A stretch of 64,000 nucleotides of DNA, taken from Takakia lepidozioides. Lineage: Eukaryota; Plantae; Bryophyta. The stretch's first letter is position 1; every line of letters begins with the position of its first letter. Shown one piece after another: positions 27,301 to 39,722 of this stretch. Position numbers and translations under genes: made by a program. A model generated the notes under the pieces. That model saw nothing but the letters and a program-made list of their open reading frames with translations, was not told where the DNA came from and did not search any database. Location: contig CM060733.1 in the NCBI GenBank assembly GCA_030704615.1, forward strand, positions 31,806,001-31,870,000, given 5' to 3'.

Positions 27301-28795
27301 CCATACACCCTTCCTCCAATGTGTTGCAGCCTCTGTGGCATACTTCTTCAAGATTTCTTCCAATTTTTTTTCATAGTTATCCCTCTTCAACTTCTCCTTT
27401 CTCTTACTCTTTCTTTTTAGTTCTTGCTCTTCTTCTTCATCTGACTCATCCTCAGAGTCCTCATCTTCCTTTTTCTCTCTCCTGAGCATTCCCAATTGCT
27501 CAATTTTGTTTGCAGTTTCAAATGCCTCCTCCCCTGTATTATGGGGTAACATATCCACTTTCTTTTGCAACTCTGGTCTTAGTCCACTCACAAACCAAGT
27601 CTTCTGTAAACCGGGTGCTGGTACTGCAGCCAGCTTTTTCATCATCAATTCCATCTTCTCCATATACTCTTCAACAGTTTCATGCTTCTTCTGCTTCAGC
27701 TGTTGTAAACTTCCATACACTTCATCCTCTTCGAAATGCTGTATTCAAGCCATTCCAGGTTAGGAAATGATTATCAGGGAATCTTGCATACCATTCACTT
27801 GCTTTCTTGATAAGTGAACAAGGAAACAGTCTCATCTTGGCATCATCGCCATTCTCATTGTTCACTATACACATGTGCTCAAATTGGCTAATGTGTACAT
27901 CGGGATCCCCTTTTCCTGAATATATTGGAAAGGGTGGTTTTGCCCGTGTTGGTTGTAACGCCATCTGTGGCCCTACCTTCTGCCCACTGACAGGTGCTGG
28001 CACCCTTACTGGTGCTGGTCCTTCTGGACCTGTTGTTTTTGTGGTGGATCTGCCACCAAGTGGTGGCCCTTGAGCACTCCCTGCTTCTAGCCCCACTATA
28101 TTCACAGTATTCCCAGCTTCAGTTGCACTACTTCCCACACTCCCTGTCCCCCCAGAGCCAGATCCAGGCCGCCCGCCTGATCCCCCTGAGCCGACACCTT
28201 CGTTGGCTTGTGATCCAAGTGCTCCACTTGATCCAGGTCCAACGGGTTGGGATGTCCTGGTTGTAGTCTCAACCTCAGCTGTTGGGTCTACTTCTTCATA
28301 TTCTTCCTCTTCCAATTTCTTCTCTCTGTTTTCATCCTCCAAGTTCTGCCCTTGGGTTTCTTCTTCACTCATGTAACTCAACTGTAATGGTGTTGGAGAG
28401 TCTGAACTCTCCGTTGGCTCTGCCACATCCTCTTCTCCTTCTTCACCTTCTGCTTCAGAAACTGGAGTTCCTGCTTTTGGTGTTCCATGCCAACTCTTAT
28501 CAAAGATTTCTGTCAAATCTTTTATCCAAGGATGTACCTCAGATCTTTCACCTCGTGATTGATCTTCTTCCTGTACCAATTCCCTTAATCTTTCTTGCAA
28601 AGAAACAGAAGGAGTGGCATCCAACTCTAGTTCTTCCGGTATAGGTGATGTACTCTTTGATCTTAATGGTGTGAGAGGTCCAGATGATTCCCCTATGTCT
28701 ATTCCTCTCTCCCAAAGATATGGATAATTAGCTTTCAGATAGCTTTCTCTTTTTGCTGAATATCTCTGGCGTCTAGCTTCTCTTTCATCACTCAT
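27301..28795 (-). pseudogene. gag: Retrotransposon Gag, one frameshift, truncated
   Basis: YSGKGDPDVHI...LFPCSL..KASEWY...TWNGL..AF and LKQKKHETVEEY...FVSGL. Confidence 0.85.
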
Positions 28796-28816
28796 GTCCC
28801 ATGTCTTTCATTTCTT

Positions 28817-29275
28817 TTAATGTGGCAATAACCAAAACTCTCCTCTGTAATATCTCTCGTATATGCCTGGGTTTCTTTCAAGCTTCAATGCACCCTTGGC
28901 TATACTTGAAGTCTCCGTTACCATATAACCATATGGCAAACAAGTCTGAAAAGCTGTTCTTGGTGTGAGTTTGATCCACAAAATATCCTTTGGAATCCAA
29001 TTCTTTACCAGTATAAGCTCTTCATGCATATGAGTATAAACATTCACCTTTCTTTCTTCCCAGCCTTCAAACTCTACTCGCTTAATGGATAGCAATGCTA
29101 TCACATAAACCAATGTTGGTAACCAACGTGCTCTTCCTCTACAGGCTACCTGATAAATCTTTATCACTCCTTTCTCCAGACCCCATTCCGGATCAGCATC
29201 ATGCACTCGCTTAAGAATATTTTCTTTACAACCGTCTGGCAATTCCAAGAACCTTTGAAAGAATTGTTTGGACAA
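28817..29275 (-). CDS. Unknown ORF between PBS and gag
   Basis: 152-codon open frame directly upstream of gag, same strand. Confidence 0.5.
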   Translation of the reverse strand: MSKQFFQRFLELPDGCKENILKRVHDADPEWGLEKGVIKIYQVACRGRARWLPTLVYVIALLSIKRVEFEGWEERKVNVYTHMHEELILVKNWIPKDILWIKLTPRTAFQTCLPYGYMVTETSSIAKGALKLERNPGIYERYYRGEFWLLPH

Positions 29276-30029
29276 CTTTCTTCCTTCGTTCCACAGGGAA
29301 TTTGATTCACTTCAAATTCTTTAATGGTCCAACCACCATGATCCCACCAGATGCCTGTCACATCTGGTTGTTCATGACTCAGTTCCCCATTATGGTCGCC
29401 AAATGTCCCGCGGCATTTACTCACCCATCCCTTCGCTATTCGAGGCGGAAACTCCAAGATAGAAGAGTTGGAAATCTCTAAGTACTCAGCCCGCGCAGAA
29501 CAATCAGTCATGACCTACAGCTAGTGTATCATGGGGGTGTTTCCTATTTGTTTCCCTTTTGGCATTCATATTAGCTACCTTACCATTGATAATTAAGTAT
29601 CAGTTTGCTTTATCAATCTATTGGATTTCGTCAACTCATCCATTCATTCCACAGCTTCACTCAGATCTCTCTACACAGTGTGATTGTATCGTAAAAGTAT
29701 CCGATTATGATTTATCAGGTATCAGGCCGAAGCCATTGTGTCTCTAATCTGCTCTACAATATCATTACAGCCTTGCATATAACAAGCATCTACTCATCAT
29801 CTCTCTATCTTCACTTCCGTTCTTAATCTCTGCCCCATCCCATCTCCTCCATGACCAAGAAGTCATCCACCGAATGATATTCCCCAAAATTCCCCGCTTC
29901 TCCCTTTATCTTCCTACCCGTGGTTCTAACCGTTTCCCTCACTAACCGTCGTTTGTGAACTAACATGTTCCCTTCGCAGGTGTTGTTCCCCACAGTCGTT
30001 CCCTGTCCTGCTCCCCGTTCCCTATGATC

Positions 30030-30340
30030 GTGACAGCTGTGTCAAGCTGTGACTGGCTGTGTGAAACTGTGACGGGCTGTGACTGACTGTGCAACTGTGT
30101 TTGGCTGTGTCGGGCTGTGACTGGCTGTGTCGGCTGTGCCGGGCTGTGTCGGCTGTGATGGCTGTGTCGGTTGTGACGACTGTGACGGGCTGTGCCGGCT
30201 GTGTCTGCTGTGACGACTGTAACGGGCTGTGTTGGCTATGTCGGCTGTGACGACTGTGACGGGCTGTGTTGGCTGTGTCGGCTGTGACGACTGTGACGGG
30301 CTGTGTTGGCTGTGTCGGCTGTGACTATTGTGACGGGCTG
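30030..30340. repeat. Minisatellite of 9-10 bp units (GGCTGTGTC / GACTGTGAC) inside the LTR
   Basis: Directly visible tandem repetition. Confidence 0.9.
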
Positions 30341-30424
30341 TGTAACCCCCCTCTACAGTGCGCTGCTGTCACCCCTAAGGCTCCTGTTGGTCTCAGTCTG
30401 TGCAAAAATTAAGGGTACCCTACA

Positions 30425-33297
30425 GATCCCGTTTAAGTGTCTAAGTCCAAGACAGTCCTCTAACAGGAGTCCCCTTGGAGCCTTTGCATATCTTTGATTT
30501 GCATTTCTTGAATGAGGGGGTCCGAATTGCCATGCAAGCCACTCTAGATCCTGGTGGGGTGCGTTCTATATGCCACTCACTATCAATGCAATCGGATTCC
30601 TGCACCATGGCCACCGCCTCCTCCAATGGGATTCCCGCTGCTGTGCTTATATGTTCTGCACCTGCTCCACTGGAGGAGGACCCACCTGGGAAGGGGCGGG
30701 CACACGACTCAGTCTGCAGTGGAGACACCTTTGGCACAGAGAAATTGACCCTGTCTGGCCGATGGGAATCTCCATCTGACCCTGGAAGAGTGTTCAATTT
30801 CCTTTTGCATGATCCAAATCTTTCCTCGCCTTCCAAATGGGGGATCCTGGATTGTAGAGCGGACCCTTCAGTGCATTTGTTTAGAGCTCTGGCCATCTTC
30901 GAAGGGACTCCGGACCTACTCGCAGCCCTTAGCATCAACAAAGTCGTATCAGGGCCCTTGCCTCCACCCCGTCCCATCAGAAAATTGCGGTACCTGGTTT
31001 GTTGTGTAAGTGCACGCACCATGTCATCAGCAGTGGCCACATACAAGTCACGACCTGCTTTGGTAGACTGCTGCATCCAAGCGTTGTGAACAGTCTCCGC
31101 CAAATTACAGGATGGCATGTCGGCCAAGTCCTCCGGATATGTCCTGCAGGAGGCATTGCATGGATATGTGAGGAACGAAAACAAATGGTAGAGGTTCTTC
31201 AAGTGACAATCGAAGAACCCCAAATGAACAGGCACGATGCAAAATTTTTGTTTTTGGGATTGAAGAGGCTTACCGTCGTCATGAAAGCTCCCCACTGTCT
31301 GTACCTGAAGTGCCAGAAAACCAACCAGTCCTCCAACTCCTTTACGTGCGTACCTGTTGCAGCACCAGAGGAGAACCACCAAGCCCGGATTGCCTGGTAA
31401 GTGCTCTCAGCTTCTCCCATTGAGGTGGCATTCTTGTACTTGAGACAGAGCCTTCTGTGCTCCAACTGCAGGTCAGGGCGAATGCAGCGCTTTGTATGAC
31501 GTGCCAGAGATTGAGTCCAATGGAAGAGGCATGTGCGCTCCCTATTTTCCATTGGGACCTTAGGATCCCCCGAACCAAACATGCGTCGCACTGCATTGAA
31601 ATTTGCCTGTGCACTATCAGCCATGAAGCCCGCAAAATTTGTGTTTTGTATTCCATTGCGCTGCATGACGGCCAAGAGCGAATTCCACATGAGCATGGGA
31701 TTCAGTGTCCTCCGACTGCATATCACAAATTGCTATGGAGAGCACACGCTGGTACGCCGGATCATACACATGGCACGCCATGGTTGTCCAACCCTTCACC
31801 CGTTTGCAGTGATCAAACATTAACCAACATTTAGCCAAATCTCCTCCTGGTTGCATACGGCGGACAATGCTCACACCACTGCCTTCGCCCACAGCGGACA
31901 TCTTGAACAAATACACCTTGGACAAGCCCTGGCCAGGGAAGACACTGTTTTGAATGAATTCATAGCGACTCCTCCGCTTCAGGTCCATAATGTTGTCCAT
32001 GAATCCAGCAGTGCATTCTGAGTGCATTCACCTGGTTTCGAATATTGGGAGAGCTCAACACGGAGAAATGGTCCATGACTGCATTAAGCGAATCTGCATC
32101 CAGCATAAGTTGTGTCGCATCCCCTTCACCCAGTATGTGTTTCTCCAGGAATGCCTTGCTAGCTGCAAGCGCTATAGCAGAAGGTGTTGCAGAAGGGGCA
32201 TTGTGGAACTCCTGCTTCAGCAGATTTCTAGCGATGTCCACGCTATCCCTGCAACTTCCTTTGGACACAGGATGCTCGTGTGCACCCATATGAATGCAGG
32301 CACGAGTCATTGTCTTGCATCGGTGTGCCACTTGATACATACGAGCGTGGCACACAGAAACACAGGACGGGGAAAGTTTGCAGAACCTGCACACGAAAGT
32401 ATTGGTCCTGGGAGGGGCAAGCCCTGGGGTGAAAGAATTCAGGGGCACACCTTCCCACTCACTTTCGTTTGGTTGAGCGCTGTTTCTCAGGCGAGGGTAA
32501 GAAATATTCTGGCACTTACAATGCCCAACGCAGACCGACCTCCGAAATTTCAAGCCAATGTCGTTATGGATGTTCGACGTTTTTGTCCTGCACCAAGGAT
32601 GTCCGTCATGTTTCTTGTCCATGCCCTGTAAAAGCCCAGCCAGTCCAGTGGAAGAGGTGGGAGGGTTGAGCTCAAATAGGATGTCCCCATCAAACTGTGC
32701 TGGCACGTATTGAACCCGTTGCACAGGAAGGGACTCCCAATCAACAAAACGCAGCTCGCTCTTGCACCCAGGCACACCTGTGAGGGCTTTCAATTTTGGA
32801 ATGACACTCGTTATCTCTTGCAATTCGTCATCATCCAATGACGGAGTCTGCACTGGCGGAGGAATCTCAGAAACATCCTCCGAGGACGAGTCTAAAAGAG
32901 TCACGAAGGTAGTGGATGTGCTCACCTCTTGTTTCACAGGAACTGTGCCCTTCTGTTGCACGACCGATGCTGCAGTGCCAGGGGTAACGACCGATCCTGC
33001 TGATTGTCTTCTCTCTTTTCCAAGGACACGGTATGTGCCTGGAAGGACTCTCCATTTCCTTCCACACTTGCCAACCAATGGTTTCTCCAAGTGCCCAGAA
33101 TCCAAATTCCCATCCTCGTCATACACCTCTTTTTGAACAAGGAGAGAACCCAACTCCAGCGGGAACACTGTAACCAGCTCATCCTCATGAACAACTGCAA
33201 ACCCATCGTCGTCTGCAGTGGCAGTCAGTGGAAGAGTACCTGCATTGGAATGGAATCGAGCAAGTGTATCTCTCTCCCTCGACATGTTTTCCCTCAC
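30425..33297 (-). pseudogene. Second MULE transposase with GCM/WRKY-like domain; 3' end cut by an LTR insertion
   Basis: DGHPWCRTKTSN...CVGHCKC...CRFC...HMGAHEHP; MFDH, FMAD, CLFHW, NLAET. Intron 31273-31144 at the same protein position as in the first transposase. Confidence 0.88.
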
Positions 33298-34142
33298 TGA
33301 ACGAAAGTTGCGGAATCCTCGAACTGATAGCCCGCAATTACCGAAAGGGGAATTAAGACAAGCAAACCGAGGTCAACAAGGGTAGCTCCAATCCAAAGGT
33401 TGCAGGTGATGCATGCAAAGGATGTAGGGATCAGATGCACCTTCACTTCGGAAACAGCAACGCCAAGAGGCACTAACCAGAAAAACTGTTTTGAAATACT
33501 ACAAGAAGCCGTGCTGTTTATGGATGAAAACAAACACTGAAAATGACATGAAACCAACCATTATGAAAAGACGGCAACAACCCTGGAGAGCAGTAAACAG
33601 GAAGACCACAAATGTCATGAGGTTGTGTTGTGCCAGAAGAGCACAGCACAAACACTGACACTGCAGAAGATACCTCGCACGAATGCGTGGCAGACATGGT
33701 CGTATCCGACAGAACCCTTTATGCCGAATGACCCCATGGCGACGGTAACGGTAAAATGCAAACCACAGGGTAGGCAGTACAACACACGTGGATGCATATG
33801 TGAAGCATAACAATTATTGCGGATCTGCAAGAACTGCTCGAAAATGAACTAGCATTAGATTTCTACGGCACATCCGAATTTGAAAGAAAGCAAGAAGGCC
33901 ACGGTGTATTGGCAGGCGGCGCAGTACATCTGACATATATCGCTAGTGCATGCAACGGATGTACTTTTTTTCTAGCGCTTTATTGCTTGGATAATACGGA
34001 GACGACGGAATGGATGAATTCTGTTCGCACACAATAACAACACCCGCATCCAAATATGGTTGACAACGTCCAATTTCGATTTTAGTTACATGCCATAGCA
34101 GCACTTGTTACAAACGTCAAACTGGAGAGCTCTAGAGGCATC

Positions 34143-34540
34143 GTGGGGAGCCCTTGTTTCCAAGGGAGGAGGAAGAGAAGGAAGTCACTATACTTCACGA
34201 GCTCTAGAAACAGGAATAGAGCCAGAGATAGAATGAGGATGGAAAGAGTGGACGAAGAGGAAAAGGAGGTAGAAGAGGGAGTAGAGGAAAGTGTGGCGAT
34301 GGAGGAGCAGGAATCAGCAGAAGAACAGCAGCCCGCCATAGTTCCAAGAACGAAGAGGACACCGCATCTGAGGGAGAGACAGATGAGATGGAAGAGGATG
34401 TTGAAGGTGGCCTCACGAGGAGTCTGCTTGCGGGAAAGAGGAAGGGGGAGAGGCTCACGTACACACTCGGCGCAGAGAGCAGCCCGAAACGAAAAGGGTC
34501 CCCGGCAATTGGGGAGTCTTCTGGAGCAGCCAAGAAAAAG
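34143..34540 (+). CDS. Acidic/basic low-complexity exon, possibly the 5' part of the ParB-like gene
   Basis: Glu-rich open frames ending at a possible donor AAG|GTGAAA (34541); frameshifted. Confidence 0.35.
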
Positions 34541-34636
34541 GTGAAATCTTCAAGACCCACATTTGTGTTTCGTTGCTGATATGAATATAGACCACACAGG
34601 GCATCTGCACCAAGCTGAAAGCACCGCAAACTGGAA

Positions 34637-36876
34637 GCCCAAATAGTGTGCGGCAACGCACACTGTTTGGGCCTACCAATTTGGTTGATTGTTCAGGTGC
34701 GAAACGCCCAAACTTGGGACTTACAGCAGGTTCAATACAACCCAAATTGCAAGCTCAATCAGAGACAGTTGAGCTGAACATTTCCCTGCTGTTTCCGTCT
34801 CGATATCGGTTTTCCAGGATATGTATGTCAGGACGACAGAACCCTTCAGTGGCAGCTCAAACAGTGTGCGTTGGCGCACATTGTTTGAGCTGAACATGTA
34901 AGTGTTTTTTTCGGACTTCCAGGGCAGGTTTATGATGATGAAATAACCATTCAGTGGCAGCTCAAACAGTGTGCGCCAACGCACACTGTTTGAGCTGAAT
35001 ATGTCACTGCTTTTTTGGTGTTAAATTTGGACTTCCAAGGCAGGTTTATGATGATGAAATAACCATTCAGTGGCAGCTCAAACAGTGTGCGTTGGCGCAC
35101 ACTGTTTGAGCTGAACATGTAAGTGTTTTTTCAGATTGAAATTCGGCATTTAGGGCATGTTTCTGAGGATGAAATAATCCCTCACTGGCAGCTCAAACAG
35201 TGTGCACCAACGCACACTGTTTGAGCTGTACATGTCACTGCTTTTTTGGTGTTAAATTCGGACTTCCAGGGCAGGTTTATGATGATGAAATAACCATTCA
35301 GTGGCAGCTCAAACAGTGTGCGCCAACGCACACTGTTTGAGCTGAACATGTAAGTGTTTTTTCCGATTGAAATTCGGCATTTAGGGCACGTTTCTGAGGA
35401 TGAAATAACCATTCAGTGGAAGCTCAAACAGTATGCGCCAACGCACACTGTTTGAGCTGTACATGTCACTGCTTTTTTGGTGTTAAATTCGGACTTCCAG
35501 GGCAGGTTTATGATGATGAAATAACCATTCAGTGGCAGCTCAAACAGTGTGCGCCAACGCACACTGTTTGAGCTGAAGATGTAAGTGTTTTTTCCGATTG
35601 AAATTCAGACTTCCAGGGCAGGTTTATGATGATGAAATAACCATTGAGTGGCAGCTCAAACAGTGTGCGTTTGAGCTGAACATGTAAGTGTTTTTCCGAT
35701 TGAAATTCGGCATTTAGGGCACGTTTCTGAGGATGAAATAACCATTCAGTGGCAGCTCAAACAGTGTGCGTTGGCGCACACTGTTTGAGCTGAACATGTA
35801 AGTGTTTTTTCCGATTGAAATTCGGCATTTAGGGCACGTTTCTGAGGCTGAAATAACCATTCAGTGGCAGCTCAAATAGTGTGCGCCAACGCACACTGTT
35901 TGAGCTGTACATGTCACTGCTTTTTTGGTGTTAAATTCGGACTTCCAGGGCAGGTTTATGATGATGAAATAACCATTCAGTGGCAGCTCAAACAGTGTGC
36001 GTTGGCACACACTGTTTGAGCTGAACATGTAAGTGTTTTTTCCGATTGAAATTCGGCATTTAGGGCACGTTTCTGAGGATGAAATAACCATTCAGTGGCA
36101 ACTCAAACAGTGTGCGCCAACGCACACTGTTTGAGGTGAACATGTAAATGTTTTTTCCGATTGAAATTCGGCATTTAGGGCACGTTTCTGAGGATGAAAT
36201 AACCATTTAGTGGCAGCTCAAACAGTGTGCGCCAACGCACACTGTTTGAGCTGTACATGTCACTGTTTTTTTGGTGTTAAATTCGCACGTCCAGGGCAGG
36301 TTTATGATGATGAAATAACCATTCAGTGGCAGCTCAAACAGTGTGCGCCAATGCACACTGTTTGAGCTGAACATGTCACTGCTTTTTTGGTGTTAAATTC
36401 GGACTTCCAGGGCAGGTTTATGATGATGAAATAACCATTCAGTGGCAGCTCAAACAGTGTGCGTTGGCGCACACTGTTTGAGCTGAATATGTAAGGGTTT
36501 TTTCCGATTGAAATTCGGCATTTATGGCATGTTTCTGAGGATGAAATAATCCCTCACTGGCAGTTCAAACAGTGTGCGTCAACGCACACTGTTTGAGCTG
36601 TACATGTCACACTGTTCGAACTCACCTTTTCACTTTTTTCATCCAAAATCGGCCGCATATCTTGGAGTTTACAATGAACACTTACCTGGCACAAGTAGAT
36701 GTCCAATGATCATTTACATGGCAAGTGAAACAGTGTGCGTCAACGCACACTGTTTGAGCCCACTTTTACATTGTCTATTTCTGTGGAATTCGGCAACATA
36801 GGACATGTCTGTGAGGGTCAATGTACACTTACCTGGCAGCTTAAAATACTGTGCGTCAACGCACACTCTTTGAGCC
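34637..36876. repeat. Tandem array, ~115-116 bp period, each unit carrying the palindrome CAGCTCAAACAGTGTGCG-N4-CGCACACTGTTTGAGCTG (~19 copies)
   Basis: Copies at about 34637, 34853, 34958, 35074, 35189, 35305, 35420, 35536, 35652 (centre deleted), 35753, 35868, 35984, 36099, 36214, 36330, 36446, 36561, 36728 and 36838. Two linker types separate them. Confidence 0.97.
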
Positions 36877-36949
36877 CACTTTTTCATGCCTAAGCCGACG
36901 TTTCATGCCTCTCTAATATCAAGTTGAATGAACAACCCTGAAGGAGAAG

Positions 36950-37781
36950 ATGCAAAGTGTGGCAGATGAGGTCCCTTCGGGTCAGGAGAAGGAGATAATT
37001 GTTGATGTGGACGATGAGTTCTATGAAAGCAAAGCCGCTGAGATGCTGGGGGGTCAGAAGGTAAACTCTCAGCTTGTGGTGCAAAGTATGCTTGCCCCGG
37101 GTGGGAGGTTGAAGATTCCCCTGTGTAGGTTGGTTTCCATGCCCGTCGTTTGTACACCCCTCGTCAAGGACATTCTCAAGCTGGAGGCCGAGTTTGTGCA
37201 TGGGTATTTGGATGGATCCGCAGTCTTTTACGTTTCTACTAGGGATTCCAAAGGTAATGAGCTCCTCGTGGATCAGTCAATCGTGGACTCCTGGGACCCC
37301 ATTTGGAGACAGCTGAACGAATCCTTCGAACTTCTTCTCTCCAGGAAACCTTCCACCCAGGCATTCTCGGGAAAGATGTTTCACGTTTGGGATGGGAACC
37401 ACCGCTTGCTTGCATGGATGGCTGTCATTTGGAGGCTGCACTCACAGGAGGAAGAGTGGCATTACTCTGTTCGATCGATGGTGCTGGATTGTGACGGGAA
37501 CATGATGGGTCTTCTGACGGCAATGAATGATGTGAACAGGTTGGTTTCTCATTCTACATGTTCCATTTGTGGTTCCGTTCTTCTTTGATTGAAGACCTTG
37601 AATTTCATTCTGACTTATAGATATCATTCTACAGAGGAACGGAGACATCGCATGTCAAAACGAGTTTGGTTCACACACTGTATAGGATACAAAGGATAGG
37701 GCAGATGCCCTTGACCAACTTCAAGACCATCCTTTCAGCAGAGATGTACAAGAAGTGCGAAAGCTCCAAGACATCGGAAAC
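36950..37781 (+). CDS. ParB/Sulfiredoxin-like domain protein, truncated at its 3' end
   Basis: IPLCRL..MPVV(C)TP...KLEAEF.HGY, FHVWDGNHRLLAW and AMNDVN follow the order of ParB/Srx motifs. Probable intron ~37540-37634. Ends at a Gypsy junction. Confidence 0.65.
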
Positions 37782-37789
37782 GTGAATTA

Positions 37790-39722
37790 CCAGCCCGGGA
37801 ATCAGGATTATAGAAATAATCCAAGAACAGACCAAGGGGCGAGGACCAATGGTGAAGAGCTATGTTACTATTGTAATCAGCCCAGGACATCGCAAGGCAG
37901 CCTGTTCATTCTGGATAAGACACCAGAATGAGATGAGAGCTCCTGTGAATGAGGGCCCAGTGGTGGCAACTCACATGGTTAGGCCATGTGTTGTACCAGA
38001 AGTAAGTACAATGATAGTAACAAGAAGTAAAGCCAAACTAATACCTCCAGTAGAAGAGGAAGAAGATGATAATGGAAGTGGCAATGATATGCCTGAAGAT
38101 GAAGAGACTTGAAAGATGAGAAGGAACCACAAGGAAGTGGCAATACTATAAGGGAAATGCAAAAGAGTACTGATATTCCTGTGGCAGATTCCTCTGATTC
38201 TGATGGAGAAAAAGAAGGGAGTGAGGAAGAAAGGAAGAAAGAAGATGCAGACATGCAAAGTAATGAAGAGACTTTGGCTGAAGTAATATGCCAGACCAAA
38301 GCAGAAATTACCAATTGGACAGCTATTAGCTGTGGCACCTTATTGTAGGCACAGGCTGTATCAAGCAATCAATCGAATTGCCTAGGAGACAGGAAACACA
38401 GACCTGAACAGCAAGGTGACCAGTTATAATGTGAAGCCGGGAAGGGCGAGAAACAGTCATGGACTTTGATGATTCTATGCCAGTAATCCAATTGAGGATT
38501 GGGAGCACAGAACTAACTGATGTACTGATGGATGGAGGTTCTGGAGTAAATATCATGACAGACCAATTAAGGAAGAAGCTTGGTCTAAGTAACATGAAAC
38601 CAGCCCCATTTACAGTAACAATGGCAGATCAAAGAAGTGTACAGCCATTGGGATTAATAAGAGGAGTAAGATACAGATACAGAAGATGATCTTTATGATC
38701 ACAGTAACTGTGTTGAAAATGGATTGAAGTCATGGAGGCTTACTCCTTATTTTGGGACGTCCGTGGCTGAAACAGGCCAGGGTATTCCATGACTGGAATT
38801 CTCAGTTACTAACCGTGCATAATGGGATACACGAGATACAAATTACCACAAAGAAATCTAGTAGATTATCTGCTACAAGAAGACCTCGAGGAGTCAGAGA
38901 GTATGACTGGAAAGGAGGACTGGATGAGGAGCAGGAAGCTACCCTATTGTTGCACACCCAGAGTGGGAGCAGGTTGCAGAGATGCGGCTGGAAAGCCTAA
39001 GTTGTTTGAGAGGTATCTGTTGTTGTGTAGTGACATCAACACCAACTGAAGACGAAACCAGCGTTTACCCATCACATTTCTATGAAGAAAGAGAAGAGAA
39101 ATGGAAATCCTAGAAGAACCAGCCACTGTGAGCTTACAGGATGAAGTGGTGACTGGTTGGACAATCACAGCTGATGAGCAAGTGAGGGAAGTAAATGTGG
39201 GAACTAAAGAGGAACCGAGGATGGTGAAAGTAGGAGCTGATTTGGAGCCGGAATTCTTCGAAGAAGCTAAAAGCTTGTTCATCAAATACAGAGATGTATT
39301 TGCTTGGAGCTATGCGGATCTAAAAGGATACCACCTGAAGTCTGTCAGCATAAGATTGAACTGGAACCAGGGTCAGTACCAATCAAGCAGGCGAGGTATA
39401 GAATGAATCCCAACTACGCACAGAAGGTTGGAGAAGAGATAAAGAAGTTGGCTGAGGCTAAGTTTATATACCCAATAGAGTATACAACTTGGTTGTCACC
39501 CATTGTTATAGTTCCCAAGAAGAATGGCAAACTAAGAGTATGTGTGAACTATAAGAAGCTGAATGCTTGTACGAAGAAAGATCCTTTCCCTTTGCCATTC
39601 ACAGAAGCAGTATTAGACACTGTGGCAGGCCATGAGATGTACTCATTCATGGATGGCTTCAGTGGTTATAATCAAGTGCAAGTGGCAGAAGAAGACCAAG
39701 GGAAAACAACTTTCATCACCAA
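37790..39722 (+). pseudogene. pol: Ty3/Gypsy gag-end, protease and RT fragment
   Basis: CYYCNQPGHRKAAC knuckle, VLMDGGSGVNIM protease, RT motifs WLSPIVIVPKKNGKLRVCVNY and MDGFSGYNQ. Confidence 0.9.

Larger units (their letters stand above)
27301..30424 (-). mobile_element. 5' part of a Ty3/Gypsy element (LTR 30424-29404, PBS, extra ORF, gag) inserted in the second MULE transposase
   Basis: LTR TGTAGGG...GGGACA followed by TT and PBS-like TGGCGACCATAATGGGGA (29401-29384). The MULE frame ends at the LTR boundary. Confidence 0.75.

Noticed and set aside
34637-36876. CRISPR array
   Set aside because: The 'spacers' are two recurring linker types rather than unique sequences, there are no cas genes, and the context is eukaryotic.
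27301-39722. A single inversion separating the minus-strand gag start from the plus-strand gag-end/pol
   Set aside because: The left break is explained by an LTR at 27059-27300, and the reciprocal junction (continuation of the ParB-like gene) is not seen.
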